Below are positions 29,190-38,928 of a stretch of 64,000 bases of DNA, one piece after another. This DNA is from Thermoplasmatota archaeon. Its GTDB lineage: Archaea > Thermoplasmatota > Penumbrarchaeia > Penumbrarchaeales > Penumbrarchaeaceae. The stretch is taken from the NCBI GenBank assembly GCA_965234725.1, contig CBDDUX010000004.1, forward strand, positions 1-64,000. Reading direction: 5' to 3'. The position numbers were made by a program, and so were the translations under genes. Under the pieces are notes generated by a model that worked only from the letters and a program-made list of their open reading frames with translations, was not told the DNA's origin and made no database searches. How positions within the stretch are numbered: position 1 is the first letter of the stretch; every line of letters starts with the position of its first letter.

Positions 29190-30931
29190 TAGAAACACCC
29201 CTGAAGGGATCCATCGGTGTTTTCCTATTAGGAGCCCTGATCATAATCATACTGGCTGTGCCCGATATACTCGGATCAAGGGATATTGACGGGGATGGAA
29301 TATCAGATACCTTCCAGAATGTGGAGGATCGGACCGATCTTGTCCTTACACCGTCTGGAGAATGGAAGGAGGTGAATATTGGATACCGATCCGAAACAGA
29401 TCTGCCATTCACTGCCTTTATCGGCACTGGCCTTCTTGTCGTCTTACCCTTGGCGGTCTATTACTTGATGTGGGAGGCCCCCATAAAGAAGAAGGAACTT
29501 GGAAAGAGGGTATCGGCATTTGCAATGCATGACAATGTGAGAAGGATGGCATCCTTCCTATCCACAAACCCTTCCCTTCCCAACTCTGCAAGGCTTTCTC
29601 ATGTAAGCCAGGTGGGTGAAGGTGAGAAGGTCCTTGGGCAGGTTCTCTGGAGTTCCCGGACCACTGGAAGCTCACTGGAGGGGGTCCTGCTTGAAAAGGC
29701 AAGGATGCTGGATGATAAGGTCCTTGAAAGCTCCGTGGAAGGTCTGATCTCCGCAGAAAGGGAATCCACCATCGAGGATGTGGGAAGGTCCTGCCGATCC
29801 GTAGTACAGAGGCTGGGTGAAGATCTCAAGGAAAGGATGACATCCTATTCATCATCGCTCAAGGGTCCTTCCACAGCCCTTTTTGGTCTCGGAGTCCTTC
29901 TTCCCGTCCTTCTGGCGACGATGATACCGATCGCAGGATTCTCGAACAGGACCGTCCTGATGATCGGGGTTCTGCTCTGGGTCGTGGTTCCTGTTCTGAT
30001 TCTAAGGACAGGAAGGAATCTGGTATTGAAACGGCCCATGGTTAAGGAAGGAGAAGGGTACGGGGGTATTTCCTATCGGAAAGATATTTTCACCCTTCTA
30101 GGACCGTTAGTAGGAGGACTGGTCAGTATAGCATCTTTGGTGATCTTGACAGACTCGATAGCCCCTCCTATCATTTTGGATGGCCCCTTCCCTGATCCGC
30201 CCTCATCTGCAGTTCTTGCCCTTTTTATCGGTTCCTCTGCAGTATTCTCATCTTTGATCCGAGGTCTGATCCACGAGGGATCATTAAAAAGGAGTATCAT
30301 AAAGGATGAAGCCGAGAAGGTTCCCGATCTTCTTTCGGAGATAGGTTCAAGGCTTCAAGAGGGAAGGTCATTCGAAAGGGCTCTGGAGAGCGGGTATCGG
30401 ATGATAAGTTCAAAACCACCACTAAGAGGATCCATTCCAGAAGGTGGCGGGGAATTTGCTTCCTCAATAAGGGTGGCACGTGAATATTCCAGGGCTGGTG
30501 GAAGGACGGGGGGCAGCTCGATCAAGGCTCTCTCAAGTCATCTCAGGGAGATGGGACGGCTGGAACGCTCCTTGAAGGAGATGATCAGGTCCAGTATAGG
30601 TCAGATGGAGGTCACATCTTCCATATTCGCCCCGATTATGATAGGGATCTCGGTTGGGATCTTCGAACTGATGGGAAGGTCATCGGACCCATTGAAAGGA
30701 GGTGAACTGGTTGGGACATCGATCTCGGGGGGAGAACTTACCGTTACCGGTTTCATCCTTCTATCCGGTGTATACCTTCTCATTCTATCGGTTTCAACGA
30801 CCCTTACCATGAGGAGATTGGAGGAAGGAACACCCAGGGGAGGGTGGGAGAGGGTCCCACGCAATCTGATGCTTTCGTCATTGACATTCACAGCAGGAGT
30901 GGTTGCTTCCGCTCTGATATTAGGAGGTTGA
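29186..30931 (+). CDS. TadB/TadC (T2SSF-like) pilus platform membrane protein
   Basis: Overlaps the ATPase stop (ATGA). Two helical cytoplasmic repeats are each followed by TM segments (LFGLGVLLPVLLATMIP; IFAPIMIGI). Confidence 0.75.
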   Translation: MIETPLKGSIGVFLLGALIIIILAVPDILGSRDIDGDGISDTFQNVEDRTDLVLTPSGEWKEVNIGYRSETDLPFTAFIGTGLLVVLPLAVYYLMWEAPIKKKELGKRVSAFAMHDNVRRMASFLSTNPSLPNSARLSHVSQVGEGEKVLGQVLWSSRTTGSSLEGVLLEKARMLDDKVLESSVEGLISAERESTIEDVGRSCRSVVQRLGEDLKERMTSYSSSLKGPSTALFGLGVLLPVLLATMIPIAGFSNRTVLMIGVLLWVVVPVLILRTGRNLVLKRPMVKEGEGYGGISYRKDIFTLLGPLVGGLVSIASLVILTDSIAPPIILDGPFPDPPSSAVLALFIGSSAVFSSLIRGLIHEGSLKRSIIKDEAEKVPDLLSEIGSRLQEGRSFERALESGYRMISSKPPLRGSIPEGGGEFASSIRVAREYSRAGGRTGGSSIKALSSHLREMGRLERSLKEMIRSSIGQMEVTSSIFAPIMIGISVGIFELMGRSSDPLKGGELVGTSISGGELTVTGFILLSGVYLLILSVSTTLTMRRLEEGTPRGGWERVPRNLMLSSLTFTAGVVASALILGG

Positions 30932-30935
30932 AATC

Positions 30936-31373
30936 ATGAAAAGGAAAATGTTCTCAGAGGAAGGAGGAATGGAGGGGATCCCCCTCCAGCTGATAATCGT
31001 AGTTGTTGTGGGAATGGCCGCTCTGGGCATTCTCATCGGATGGCTGGCCCTTGCTGGTGATACGGACCCGACCCTTAGGAGAGTGGCCACAGAACCCGAG
31101 ACCATAAAGGTAGAAGGAGAGGGTAGAGCTGTCCTTGAGGTCGATGTTCTGATCTATATCTATGATTCGGAAGGAGATGAGGTTGACGGTGCTGTCGTAA
31201 CCTTTTCCGGGGCTGTGGATGAGAAGATAGTGGAAAAGGTCGATTCGGGAGACATGGTAAAGGTGAAAGCAGCTCTAGCACCCGGATCCGACACAGGAAC
31301 GATCGAGATCAAGGCGGAAAAGGGAGGGGGAATGGGGTCCTGCTCTACAACAGTGATCGTAATGCGAGACTGA
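30936..31373 (+). CDS. Archaeal pilin-like protein with class III signal peptide
   Basis: Short charged leader MKRKMFSEEGG, then MEGIPLQLIIVVVVGMAALGILIGWL. GGAGGT SD; third gene of the pilus operon. Confidence 0.75.
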   Translation: MKRKMFSEEGGMEGIPLQLIIVVVVGMAALGILIGWLALAGDTDPTLRRVATEPETIKVEGEGRAVLEVDVLIYIYDSEGDEVDGAVVTFSGAVDEKIVEKVDSGDMVKVKAALAPGSDTGTIEIKAEKGGGMGSCSTTVIVMRD

Positions 31374-31447
31374 TGTTAGATCCCACTTCACCCATTCCCA
31401 CCTGAAAACATAAATAATGCCCTGTGAATGGATGGACGGGATGCCCC

Positions 31448-31930
31448 ATGAGAACAAAGATGCTTGGAGGAGTATTACTGCTGGTACTTACAGCAGGATT
31501 GATAGCGGGATGTTTGGAAGAGGTCGAGGAGACAGTGGACCCTGATCTGGACCTTAAGGTGATCGAGATCGTGGCAAAGGATAAGAGCCCTGCTCCCAAC
31601 GCAGTGAACGCGTCGGCCGGAAAGGAATTCCTCTATGTGAAGATCAACATCACGAATCAGAATGATAAAGCGGACCATACCGTCTGGAATGCTGACAGGT
31701 TCAGTGTGGATGACAACAACGCTACAGAGATCGAGGGATCATTCCTTTCCAATGTGGACATGAGGGAGATCGATACTCTGATAATCGATGTCGATACAGG
31801 CAAGACCTTCTATGTTGTCTTTGAGGTTCCAAACGATATCAAGATGGTCTATTTCAGATACAATGCAGGTCTGGATGAACCTCTGGACACCGAACTAACT
31901 GAATATGATCACTTTGAAGGAAAGATCTGA
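31448..31930 (+). CDS. DUF4352-like lipoprotein
   Basis: Lipobox LIAGC, followed by Ig-like G.EFLYV.INITN...F.V.D and VVFEVP. Confidence 0.7.
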   Translation: MRTKMLGGVLLLVLTAGLIAGCLEEVEETVDPDLDLKVIEIVAKDKSPAPNAVNASAGKEFLYVKINITNQNDKADHTVWNADRFSVDDNNATEIEGSFLSNVDMREIDTLIIDVDTGKTFYVVFEVPNDIKMVYFRYNAGLDEPLDTELTEYDHFEGKI

Positions 31931-31931
31931 A

Positions 31932-32771
31932 TCAGGTCCTTCGCCTTCTTGTAATATAAGTGATAAGAACAACTGCCATAAGTATGAAGATAGGCTCGGG
32001 ACCCGGGATCTTCTTTCCTGATGAGTCCTTCTGGAGTAGGTCATCATCCAAGGTACCATTCTCCCAGACACCGTCTTCCACAGATACTGATGTCATGGTG
32101 ATATCATCTACAGGATGGTCCTTCAGCAGCGGCCTTCTGTTTCCATAAGTGTCGCAGGCCGCGATCTCCTTCGCGATATCCAGTCCTTCGATCACCACTC
32201 CGAAGACAGCATATCCGTTCCCATCCCTTTCCCAGTCGTCCAGTCCATGCTGGGGTCCGTCGCATATATAGAACTGTGAGGAAGCCGAGTCCGGTTCCGT
32301 GGACCTTGCCATCCCTACCGCACCATCGATGTGTGAGGCATTCCTGCAGATCTCAAGCGGAATGGTGGTCCCGGACCCTCCCGAACCATCATCGTACAGG
32401 ATGTTGTTCTTGGTGTTCGGGTCACCCGTCTGAGCTACGAAATCATCAATGCACCTGTGGAACTTGATTCCATCATAGAATCCGGTTGAAGCAAGATCAA
32501 CGAAATTTTGGGTAGTGATCGGGGTCATATTATCGTAAAGCTCGAATTTGATCGTACCGTAACCAGCAACCTCGATCACTGCGATCCTGTTAGGTCTGCC
32601 GATGTCCTGAGGTTCTGTGTAGATGACCCCGTTATCATATAAGTCATCCATTTTCGAGTTTGTTCCCTTCTCATTCTCGACCGTATCAGCAACTGTGAGA
32701 TCAGGCAGAGCCAGCAATAGAAGTACCACGGAGATGGTCGCCAGGATAAGGGCGGGCTTTCCACAGACCAT
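31932..32771 (-). CDS. Secreted cyclophilin-type peptidyl-prolyl isomerase with C-terminal sorting-like signal
   Basis: Cyclophilin motifs P.T..NF..L..GFYDG..FHR.I..FVAQTGDP, GAVGMAR, SASSQFYI and YAVFG.V..G. N-terminal signal peptide; C-terminal IPGPE + TM + RRRR. Confidence 0.9.
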   Translation of the reverse strand: MVCGKPALILATISVVLLLLALPDLTVADTVENEKGTNSKMDDLYDNGVIYTEPQDIGRPNRIAVIEVAGYGTIKFELYDNMTPITTQNFVDLASTGFYDGIKFHRCIDDFVAQTGDPNTKNNILYDDGSGGSGTTIPLEICRNASHIDGAVGMARSTEPDSASSQFYICDGPQHGLDDWERDGNGYAVFGVVIEGLDIAKEIAACDTYGNRRPLLKDHPVDDITMTSVSVEDGVWENGTLDDDLLQKDSSGKKIPGPEPIFILMAVVLITYITRRRRT

Positions 32772-32811
32772 GACGTCATATCGGTATGGTCATGTAAATA
32801 TCTTTTGAAAT

Positions 32812-33216
32812 TCAGCTTCCATTATCTTGGGGTTGTCCCTTCCTCTCCAATTCCAATTTCCGAAAGTGCTCCCTCTCCTCCAATAGGTCCTTGATCAGGA
32901 CCGATAACTTCCATCCGATATTGTTCTCTGTTGGGGTGCAGAAGATCGGCCTCTTCCCTTGAAGTTTGGGGAAATTGTCCATTGAGGCGTGTATCTTGGG
33001 GCCATCGAAACCAAGGAACATGATGACCTTTGGATCTTCCTTGCTTTCAAAGATGTCGTAACCTTCGTCCTCCAGGATATCACCCAAAAGATCATCTTCT
33101 CTTCCGCTTCCGGATATAAGAATGACCTCCTCTCCGTTGATATCCTCAAGAGCTTTCTTGATGGAGGATGCCTCATCCTTCGAGAATCCATAGACCATCA
33201 TCCCTATCTCTGCCAT
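32812..33216 (-). CDS. DUF3783-like protein
   Basis: VIMF.GF....I...M......RPIFC.PT.NNI.W....LI.DL.EERE. Confidence 0.7.
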   Translation of the reverse strand: MAEIGMMVYGFSKDEASSIKKALEDINGEEVILISGSGREDDLLGDILEDEGYDIFESKEDPKVIMFLGFDGPKIHASMDNFPKLQGKRPIFCTPTENNIGWKLSVLIKDLLEEREHFRKLELERKGQPQDNGS

Positions 33217-33270
33217 GAGAGGTGAAAGGTAATGATGATGAAAACCCTTGCTCCTTCGGTTTACTCGATA

Positions 33271-33627
33271 CTATTCTATGTTACCATGTTTACTCATTAT
33301 ATATTCGTTGAAAGTCTTTAGGAAGCTTTCCCTTTCCAGTTCATTAGAAAACACATCTCTCGAGAATTCAATATATTCAGGAGGGAGGTCATCCATTTCA
33401 TAGATGTTTTGAATCATATCGTAGAATCTGTCCCACTCTTCTTCCGACCATGACCTCCAATCTCTGAGGAGATAATTGTAGTAACCTTCTCCCGTGGAAA
33501 AGGAGCCGACATTGGAGAAAATTCCGGCTCCGCTCAACATGATCACAGGAACAAGCATGGAGACAATCAGTAAGTAATCGGGTATCCCCTTGATTATTCT
33601 GCCCTTTTTTAACGATGAGAACAACAA
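33271..33627 (-). CDS. Hypothetical protein, one TM
   Basis: ORF with AGGTGA SD directly after the upstream stop. No family recognised. Confidence 0.5.
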   Translation of the reverse strand: MLFSSLKKGRIIKGIPDYLLIVSMLVPVIMLSGAGIFSNVGSFSTGEGYYNYLLRDWRSWSEEEWDRFYDMIQNIYEMDDLPPEYIEFSRDVFSNELERESFLKTFNEYIMSKHGNIE

Positions 33628-33640
33628 AACTCACCTGCCG

Positions 33641-33994
33641 TTAAATAGCCAGTCCTGTTCCAATGAGCATCAATCCTGCTAAAAATAACATTCCGAATCT
33701 GACAGCGGGATCAAGTTCCTTCATAAGCACTCCACCTATGATCATTATCCCGGAAAGAACAGCTGCTCCCAACCAGAATATTATTCTACCGGTAAAATCA
33801 AGCCATGATGCTGTCTTAATGTCTCCGGCATCCTCGGCTTCATTATTGAGAGGACTCTGCAGGAACATGAATATTCCTCCGGAAAACATCAGTAGAACAG
33901 ATATTATTACCATCACAACAACAATACCCTTCATTGCTGATGTGGTTTCGTTCCTTCTCTGTGACCTATTATCCTTTTCCCAATCATCATACAA
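33641..33994 (-). CDS. Hypothetical membrane protein (3 TM)
   Basis: Three hydrophobic segments. TTG at 33994 is preceded by GAGGTG. Confidence 0.6.
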   Translation of the reverse strand: MYDDWEKDNRSQRRNETTSAMKGIVVVMVIISVLLMFSGGIFMFLQSPLNNEAEDAGDIKTASWLDFTGRIIFWLGAAVLSGIMIIGGVLMKELDPAVRFGMLFLAGLMLIGTGLAI

Positions 33995-34158
33995 ATTATA
34001 CACCTCAAGTTCCCATTTCCAATTGCATAATGATTTCCTCCGATTTAAAACAATAGACTTGTTAATGCTCATTCATTAATGAGTTTAACTATACTTATGT
34101 CCATAACTTCATTCAAGGAACGGTTTCAAATAAATACAGCGAATGATATGGTCTCTCT

Positions 34159-35109
34159 ATGTCTCCCTCTTCCGATGGGATGGTAATTCAGATGAGGTCC
34201 CTCACCAAATACTATGGTAAAGCCAGGGGGATAATCGAGGTGGACCTTTCCGTGAAGAAAGGAGAGGTATTTGGATTTCTGGGACCCAACGGTGCAGGGA
34301 AATCCACAACGATCAGGACCATTCTGGATTACATCAGACCAACCTCAGGATCTGCCATGGTCAACGGAATGGACCCTCAAATGGATGGGGCAAAGGTCCG
34401 CAGGTCTGTGGGATACCTACCTTCTGATTTCGGTACATATCACAACATGACAGCAAAGGATTATCTCAATACACTTCTCGAAATGATGGGCCACAAGGGA
34501 CCGAACAGGATCAAGGAGCTTGCTGGCAGGCTCCAACTGGACCTTAAAAGGAGGATCAAGGATTACTCCAGAGGCAACAGGCAGAAGGTCGGCCTTGTGT
34601 CGGCTTTCATGCATTCCCCGGATCTCATCATCCTGGATGAACCCTCATCCGGGCTTGACCCCCTGATGCAACAGGAGTTCTACAAGATCATACTGGAAGA
34701 GAAGGCAGCCGGGAGGACCGTGTTCCTTTCATCCCATATACTTGCCGAGGTAGAGGCCATCTGCGATAGAGTCGGTATTATCAAAGAAGGACGGTTGATA
34801 GTCGTTGAGGATATCAGAAAGTTCAAGGAGAAGACCGGAAAGATAATGCAGGTAAGGTTTTCCGGAGAGGTATCCCCCTCTGAATTCGCATCGATACATG
34901 GTGTCGCCCATGTGGAGGTCGTAAGCGGGAACAGGTTGAAGATTACTATAACCGGAAACGTGGACCCTGTTATCAAGGTGTTATCAAAACATACGGTCCT
35001 TGATCTTGATTACGAAGATATGTCCCTTGAGAGCCTATTCCTGAAATACTATGAGAAGGAAGGTGTTGTGGACCGCAGAGGAAAGACCATCAAGGGGGTG
35101 GAAGCATGA
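34159..35109 (+). CDS. ABC exporter ATP-binding protein (ABC-2/DrrA-like)
   Basis: Walker A GPNGAGKST, signature YSRGNRQK, Walker B IILDEP and SSH switch. Confidence 0.93.
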   Translation: MSPSSDGMVIQMRSLTKYYGKARGIIEVDLSVKKGEVFGFLGPNGAGKSTTIRTILDYIRPTSGSAMVNGMDPQMDGAKVRRSVGYLPSDFGTYHNMTAKDYLNTLLEMMGHKGPNRIKELAGRLQLDLKRRIKDYSRGNRQKVGLVSAFMHSPDLIILDEPSSGLDPLMQQEFYKIILEEKAAGRTVFLSSHILAEVEAICDRVGIIKEGRLIVVEDIRKFKEKTGKIMQVRFSGEVSPSEFASIHGVAHVEVVSGNRLKITITGNVDPVIKVLSKHTVLDLDYEDMSLESLFLKYYEKEGVVDRRGKTIKGVEA

Positions 35110-36380
35110 AACTGCCTCTGTTCAGAGCAGCTCTCTGGGATTCAAAGATATCTACTATCATCTACTGCGTGGTTCTGGTCCTTTATGGTTTGATGATAAT
35201 GTCTGCTTTCTCTTCTGTTGGAGATACCTTCAGCGATCCCTTCGCAGAGAATAACGGAGTGAAGATCACTGAAACAGGAGATAAGGTCGAAAAAGTGAGT
35301 GTCTACAATCTCACATGGGATACACAGGCTGCCGTTCTTTCGCATGTCGCGGTGGGTATGGATTCCGAATGGGCAATGAACAGCCAGGTCATCGATGTAT
35401 TGAACGGGACCATTCCAGAAGAGATATCGGACCTGGGATTGGACTGGTTCCAGATCCTTGAGATGTCCGATATGGTCCCTGGATTGAAGGAGAAGCTTTC
35501 GGACCAAGGTGGAATGGAACCCAAATCTCCATATCAGATAGATGAGAATGGGACCACACTCCTCTATTTGGGAGAGGGAACATATGTCAATTTCGTCAAC
35601 ACCTATGAAAATGATATGTTCATTGTCATCCTCATCCCGAATGACGGCAATATCAGCAATGCAACGATCAAAGGTCCTGCCATGCTAGGGAACCTGGATA
35701 CGATGAGTGATTTTGACAAATACCTGGAGGACAATCCCTTTGTCGAGGGTTTCTTGGGTGATGTTAGTGTTGATTTCTCAACAATAGAGGGTTATCTCGC
35801 TTTGGAATACTTCAGCCTCTGGCCTCTTCTATTCATTATATTCCTTGCCGTGAAAACATCCGGGGTCATTTCAAAGCATGTAGAGGACAGGTCCCTGGAC
35901 ATACTGCTAGCAACAGGGTATTCCAGGTTCCGTTTCATGAACGAGAAGGTTCTATTGCTCATTTTGAACTTTTTATTGATCATATTCTCTGCTTGGTTGG
36001 GGCTGGTGTTGGGCACCATAATGCTTGGTGAATCCATTCCATTTTCGGGTTTGACCTTCACCTTCATCGATTCCATACCAATGGCACTGGCATTTGTCGG
36101 TATCGCGATGCTCATATCGGTACTGGTGGATGAGGGTGGAAAATCCATAGGTATTGTGATGGGGGTCGTATTGGGAGAGTACATGCTAAATGTCGTTGCC
36201 AATCTTGCCAATTGGGGTGACAGCGTCAAATATCTGAGCCTCTTCACATACTGGAACAGCAACGATGCGATGCTTCATGGTGTGATACACCCCATCAACG
36301 TGATAGTCCCTCTGGCTGTCGCAGGGATAACGATATTCCTTTCCTACTACCTGTTCCAGAAGAAGGAAATTAGGGCCTGA
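35106..36380 (+). CDS. ABC-2 type exporter permease with large extracellular loop
   Basis: ATGA overlap with the ATPase. One TM, then a long soluble loop, then about 5 TM, with an EDRSLDILLATGYSR motif and C-terminal F.KKEI. Confidence 0.85.
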   Translation: MKLPLFRAALWDSKISTIIYCVVLVLYGLMIMSAFSSVGDTFSDPFAENNGVKITETGDKVEKVSVYNLTWDTQAAVLSHVAVGMDSEWAMNSQVIDVLNGTIPEEISDLGLDWFQILEMSDMVPGLKEKLSDQGGMEPKSPYQIDENGTTLLYLGEGTYVNFVNTYENDMFIVILIPNDGNISNATIKGPAMLGNLDTMSDFDKYLEDNPFVEGFLGDVSVDFSTIEGYLALEYFSLWPLLFIIFLAVKTSGVISKHVEDRSLDILLATGYSRFRFMNEKVLLLILNFLLIIFSAWLGLVLGTIMLGESIPFSGLTFTFIDSIPMALAFVGIAMLISVLVDEGGKSIGIVMGVVLGEYMLNVVANLANWGDSVKYLSLFTYWNSNDAMLHGVIHPINVIVPLAVAGITIFLSYYLFQKKEIRA

Positions 36381-36433
36381 AGGTCGACATGTAGAAGTTC
36401 CATTGAAATATCAACAAGCCATTATTGTATGAT

Positions 36434-36841
36434 ATGGAAGAGAAGCTTAAGGCGATTGGGAACAGACTTGATCTGACAGAAGTTGATGTCAGGTCCATTC
36501 GCAAGAGGAGGTTGAAGGACATAATGATCCTTGCGATTATCGGGACCCTCACATCATTCTTCTCGTTCATCGTCGGGTTCAGTATTGGGAATACAGAGAA
36601 ATATGGAATGGCCTACTATCCTTATGCAATAGTACCCCTGGCCACTATCAGGAATTACAGGGGAAGATGGGCCATAGTGGGGATCGGAGCCCTTCTGATG
36701 ATCATCTCTGGTATCTTCTTCTATCTTCAAGGGTTCGAGGCTGGCAAAATATTCTACTCCAATTCCATTCTTTACGGTGTCTATCAAAGGACAAAATCAA
36801 GGCCGCTTCTCGGTGAATTTGAAATATCATCCAATCGATAA
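36434..36841 (+). CDS. Small membrane protein, paralogue P1 (candidate precursor; YPYA and YGVY motifs)
   Basis: MEEKLKAIGNRLDLTEVDVRSIRKRR + TM + YYPYA + TM + SILYGVY. TTGAAATA lies about 23 nt upstream. Confidence 0.8.
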   Translation: MEEKLKAIGNRLDLTEVDVRSIRKRRLKDIMILAIIGTLTSFFSFIVGFSIGNTEKYGMAYYPYAIVPLATIRNYRGRWAIVGIGALLMIISGIFFYLQGFEAGKIFYSNSILYGVYQRTKSRPLLGEFEISSNR

Positions 36842-36847
36842 TAGATC

Positions 36848-37216
36848 ATGGCCAAGGACCTGGAAGAGCTTGGATCCAGATTGGATATCGATGATGAGGA
36901 CATGGAAAGGATAAGGAGAAAGAAAAGAAAGGAATTGATACTTGGTCCAGTGATAGGGATTTCCATCACAGTTTTATCAACCATGTTGGGTTATTTTATT
37001 GGAAAGAACGATCCGGTCTATGATAAGGTCCTGACCTACCCTTATGCTGGCCCCTTCATTTTTGCAATGACAGCAGGGGTGAGGAGGAAAAGATTCTGGA
37101 TCTCAGTTGCGATAATAACGTTAATTGCTTCAATTATTGGATTCATCATCGCACACGAGACCGCTCAACCTCATGAATACGGACTTGCCATCGAGTATGG
37201 TGTATACAACAAGTGA
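36848..37216 (+). CDS. Small membrane protein, paralogue P2
   Basis: MAKDLEELGSRLDIDDEDMERIRRKKRK + TM + TYPYA + TM + EYGLAIEYGVYNK*. Confidence 0.82.
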   Translation: MAKDLEELGSRLDIDDEDMERIRRKKRKELILGPVIGISITVLSTMLGYFIGKNDPVYDKVLTYPYAGPFIFAMTAGVRRKRFWISVAIITLIASIIGFIIAHETAQPHEYGLAIEYGVYNK

Positions 37217-37226
37217 GGGAGATCGA

Positions 37227-38513
37227 ATGAAACTCAATCTGGGATGCGGAAAGGTTTACAAACCCGGATACATCAATATCGATTCAGGCGACAGGTCCGT
37301 TGCCGATGAGTTCTGGAATATCATGGACCTCCCTCTAAAGGACGCTTCGGTGGACCTGGTCGAGGCAGACCAGGTGATCGAACATTTCGATTGGGTGAAC
37401 GTCAGGTATCTTCTTGCCGAATGCTGGCGTGTTTTGAAACCCAATGGAAGATTGATACTGGAGACACCGGACCTCCTGGGGACAATGAAGAAACTGAAAA
37501 GGACCCAGGGGGAAGAATTCCTCATAGGATCACAATGGCTTTTTGGAATTGGGACCAAGGGTCAAAGGCACGGGATGGTCTTCAAAGAAAAGGAACTCCA
37601 GGGAATGCTGATATCCTCCGGATTCGAGGATGTTGAGTTCTCTCCGCAGAGGACACATCTCTACGAACCTGGATTACATCTTGAATGTCATAAGGGAAAG
37701 GGCGAGGGGAGGAGAAAAGTAGAGACCCTGTTCCGCAAAAGGGTCAGAGCTGTATTCAAAGGGGATTCCTATCTCCTTATACCCATCGAGGACCACATGA
37801 ACGAACTCTTTTTCTCACTTACTGTGGACGGTGAACCAAGGGAACCGATCTTCACGGAGAACATTTTCAGAGCAGCCCTTGCCGACCCTGAGATACCCGG
37901 TCAGCTGATCCTTTCCATGAAAGCCTACAGGAAAGGTATGGAGATGGCCGACGAGCTCATGGAAGCAATGAGGTTCATCCATGATGAACAGATAAAAGGA
38001 AGGGCCTTTTCACTCTGGATGAAAAGGAAGAAAGGAGCTGATGTAAGGAAATCCTTCGAAGATTTCATCATTGATCTCTCCGATAAATTGAGAGATGCCA
38101 TTCTCCGATCCCAGGATCCTAAGAAGGAACTTGTCTATCTACTTTCATTGCAGCCGGAGGACATCAGATTATTGGATTTCAGGATGATCTCTGACAAAGC
38201 AAGGGAATGGTCCAATCAGGGAATTAAGGCCTTCAATAAAGGGGAGATGGATGAAGCAATGACCAATTTGGAGAGATCGATAAATGTGATACCCAACAAT
38301 CCGATAACCCATTGGAACATTGCCAGGCTCCTCTATCGTAAAGGATCGAGGTCCGAGGCACTAAAAAGATTTGACAAGATAAACAAACTATTGACCGACA
38401 AGGACCTCTTAAGGGAGACAAAGAAGGAACAGGATCTGATGAGGAAGGGGGCCATCGACCCGGAAACAATAGGTCCGAGATCCGAGGTCCATGTCGGAAA
38501 TATGTTCCAATAA
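37227..38513 (+). CDS. Class I SAM-dependent methyltransferase fused to helical/TPR domain
   Basis: KLNLGCG..GYINID, LP..DASVD.V...VIEH and ECWRVLKPNGRLILETPD. C-terminal TPR (G..AF..G.MDEA...LE.SI...PNN...HWNIA). GAGGGAG precedes ATG 37227. Confidence 0.85.
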   Translation: MKLNLGCGKVYKPGYINIDSGDRSVADEFWNIMDLPLKDASVDLVEADQVIEHFDWVNVRYLLAECWRVLKPNGRLILETPDLLGTMKKLKRTQGEEFLIGSQWLFGIGTKGQRHGMVFKEKELQGMLISSGFEDVEFSPQRTHLYEPGLHLECHKGKGEGRRKVETLFRKRVRAVFKGDSYLLIPIEDHMNELFFSLTVDGEPREPIFTENIFRAALADPEIPGQLILSMKAYRKGMEMADELMEAMRFIHDEQIKGRAFSLWMKRKKGADVRKSFEDFIIDLSDKLRDAILRSQDPKKELVYLLSLQPEDIRLLDFRMISDKAREWSNQGIKAFNKGEMDEAMTNLERSINVIPNNPITHWNIARLLYRKGSRSEALKRFDKINKLLTDKDLLRETKKEQDLMRKGAIDPETIGPRSEVHVGNMFQ

Positions 38514-38544
38514 ATTATTTAAAGGGTTCAACCAATTGAATCTT

Positions 38545-38916
38545 ATGAAGGAGAGGCTCGAAGAAATCGGGAAGAGACTTGGCCTTTCGAAGAATGATAT
38601 CAAGGAGGTCAGGAGGGAGGGTAGGAAATACAGGACCTTATTTTTCTTAGGAGGAGCGATCCTTGCATTGATCGCCTTCATCCTTGGTCTTCTTTTCGGA
38701 TGGTTCACCAAGAAGGAGACGGGCGGAAACGGATCAGGGAATCCTGATCCGGGTGGTGGATATCCCTACGCGGGGGTTGCCGTGGTGGTTGGAGGGTTGA
38801 AGTATTCAAGACCATCAAGAATGGCATTGATCCTTGCTACAGCCGTTGCTTTCCTTGCAGGCTTATCCGCTCCTGTGTTTGGACAGAGCATAGATTACGG
38901 TGTTTATTGTAAGTGA
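38545..38916 (+). CDS. Small membrane protein, paralogue P3
   Basis: MKERLEEIGKRLGLSKNDIKEVRREGRK + TM + GGYPYA + TM + PVFGQSIDYGVYCK*. TTATTTAAAG lies about 21 nt upstream. Confidence 0.82.
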   Translation: MKERLEEIGKRLGLSKNDIKEVRREGRKYRTLFFLGGAILALIAFILGLLFGWFTKKETGGNGSGNPDPGGGYPYAGVAVVVGGLKYSRPSRMALILATAVAFLAGLSAPVFGQSIDYGVYCK

Positions 38917-38928
38917 GGAGCTGATTTC

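Noticed and set aside
38914-38916. TGA as selenocysteine
   Set aside because: P2 ends at the equivalent position with TGA followed by an SD, and no SECIS was recognised. Kept only as a minor alternative.
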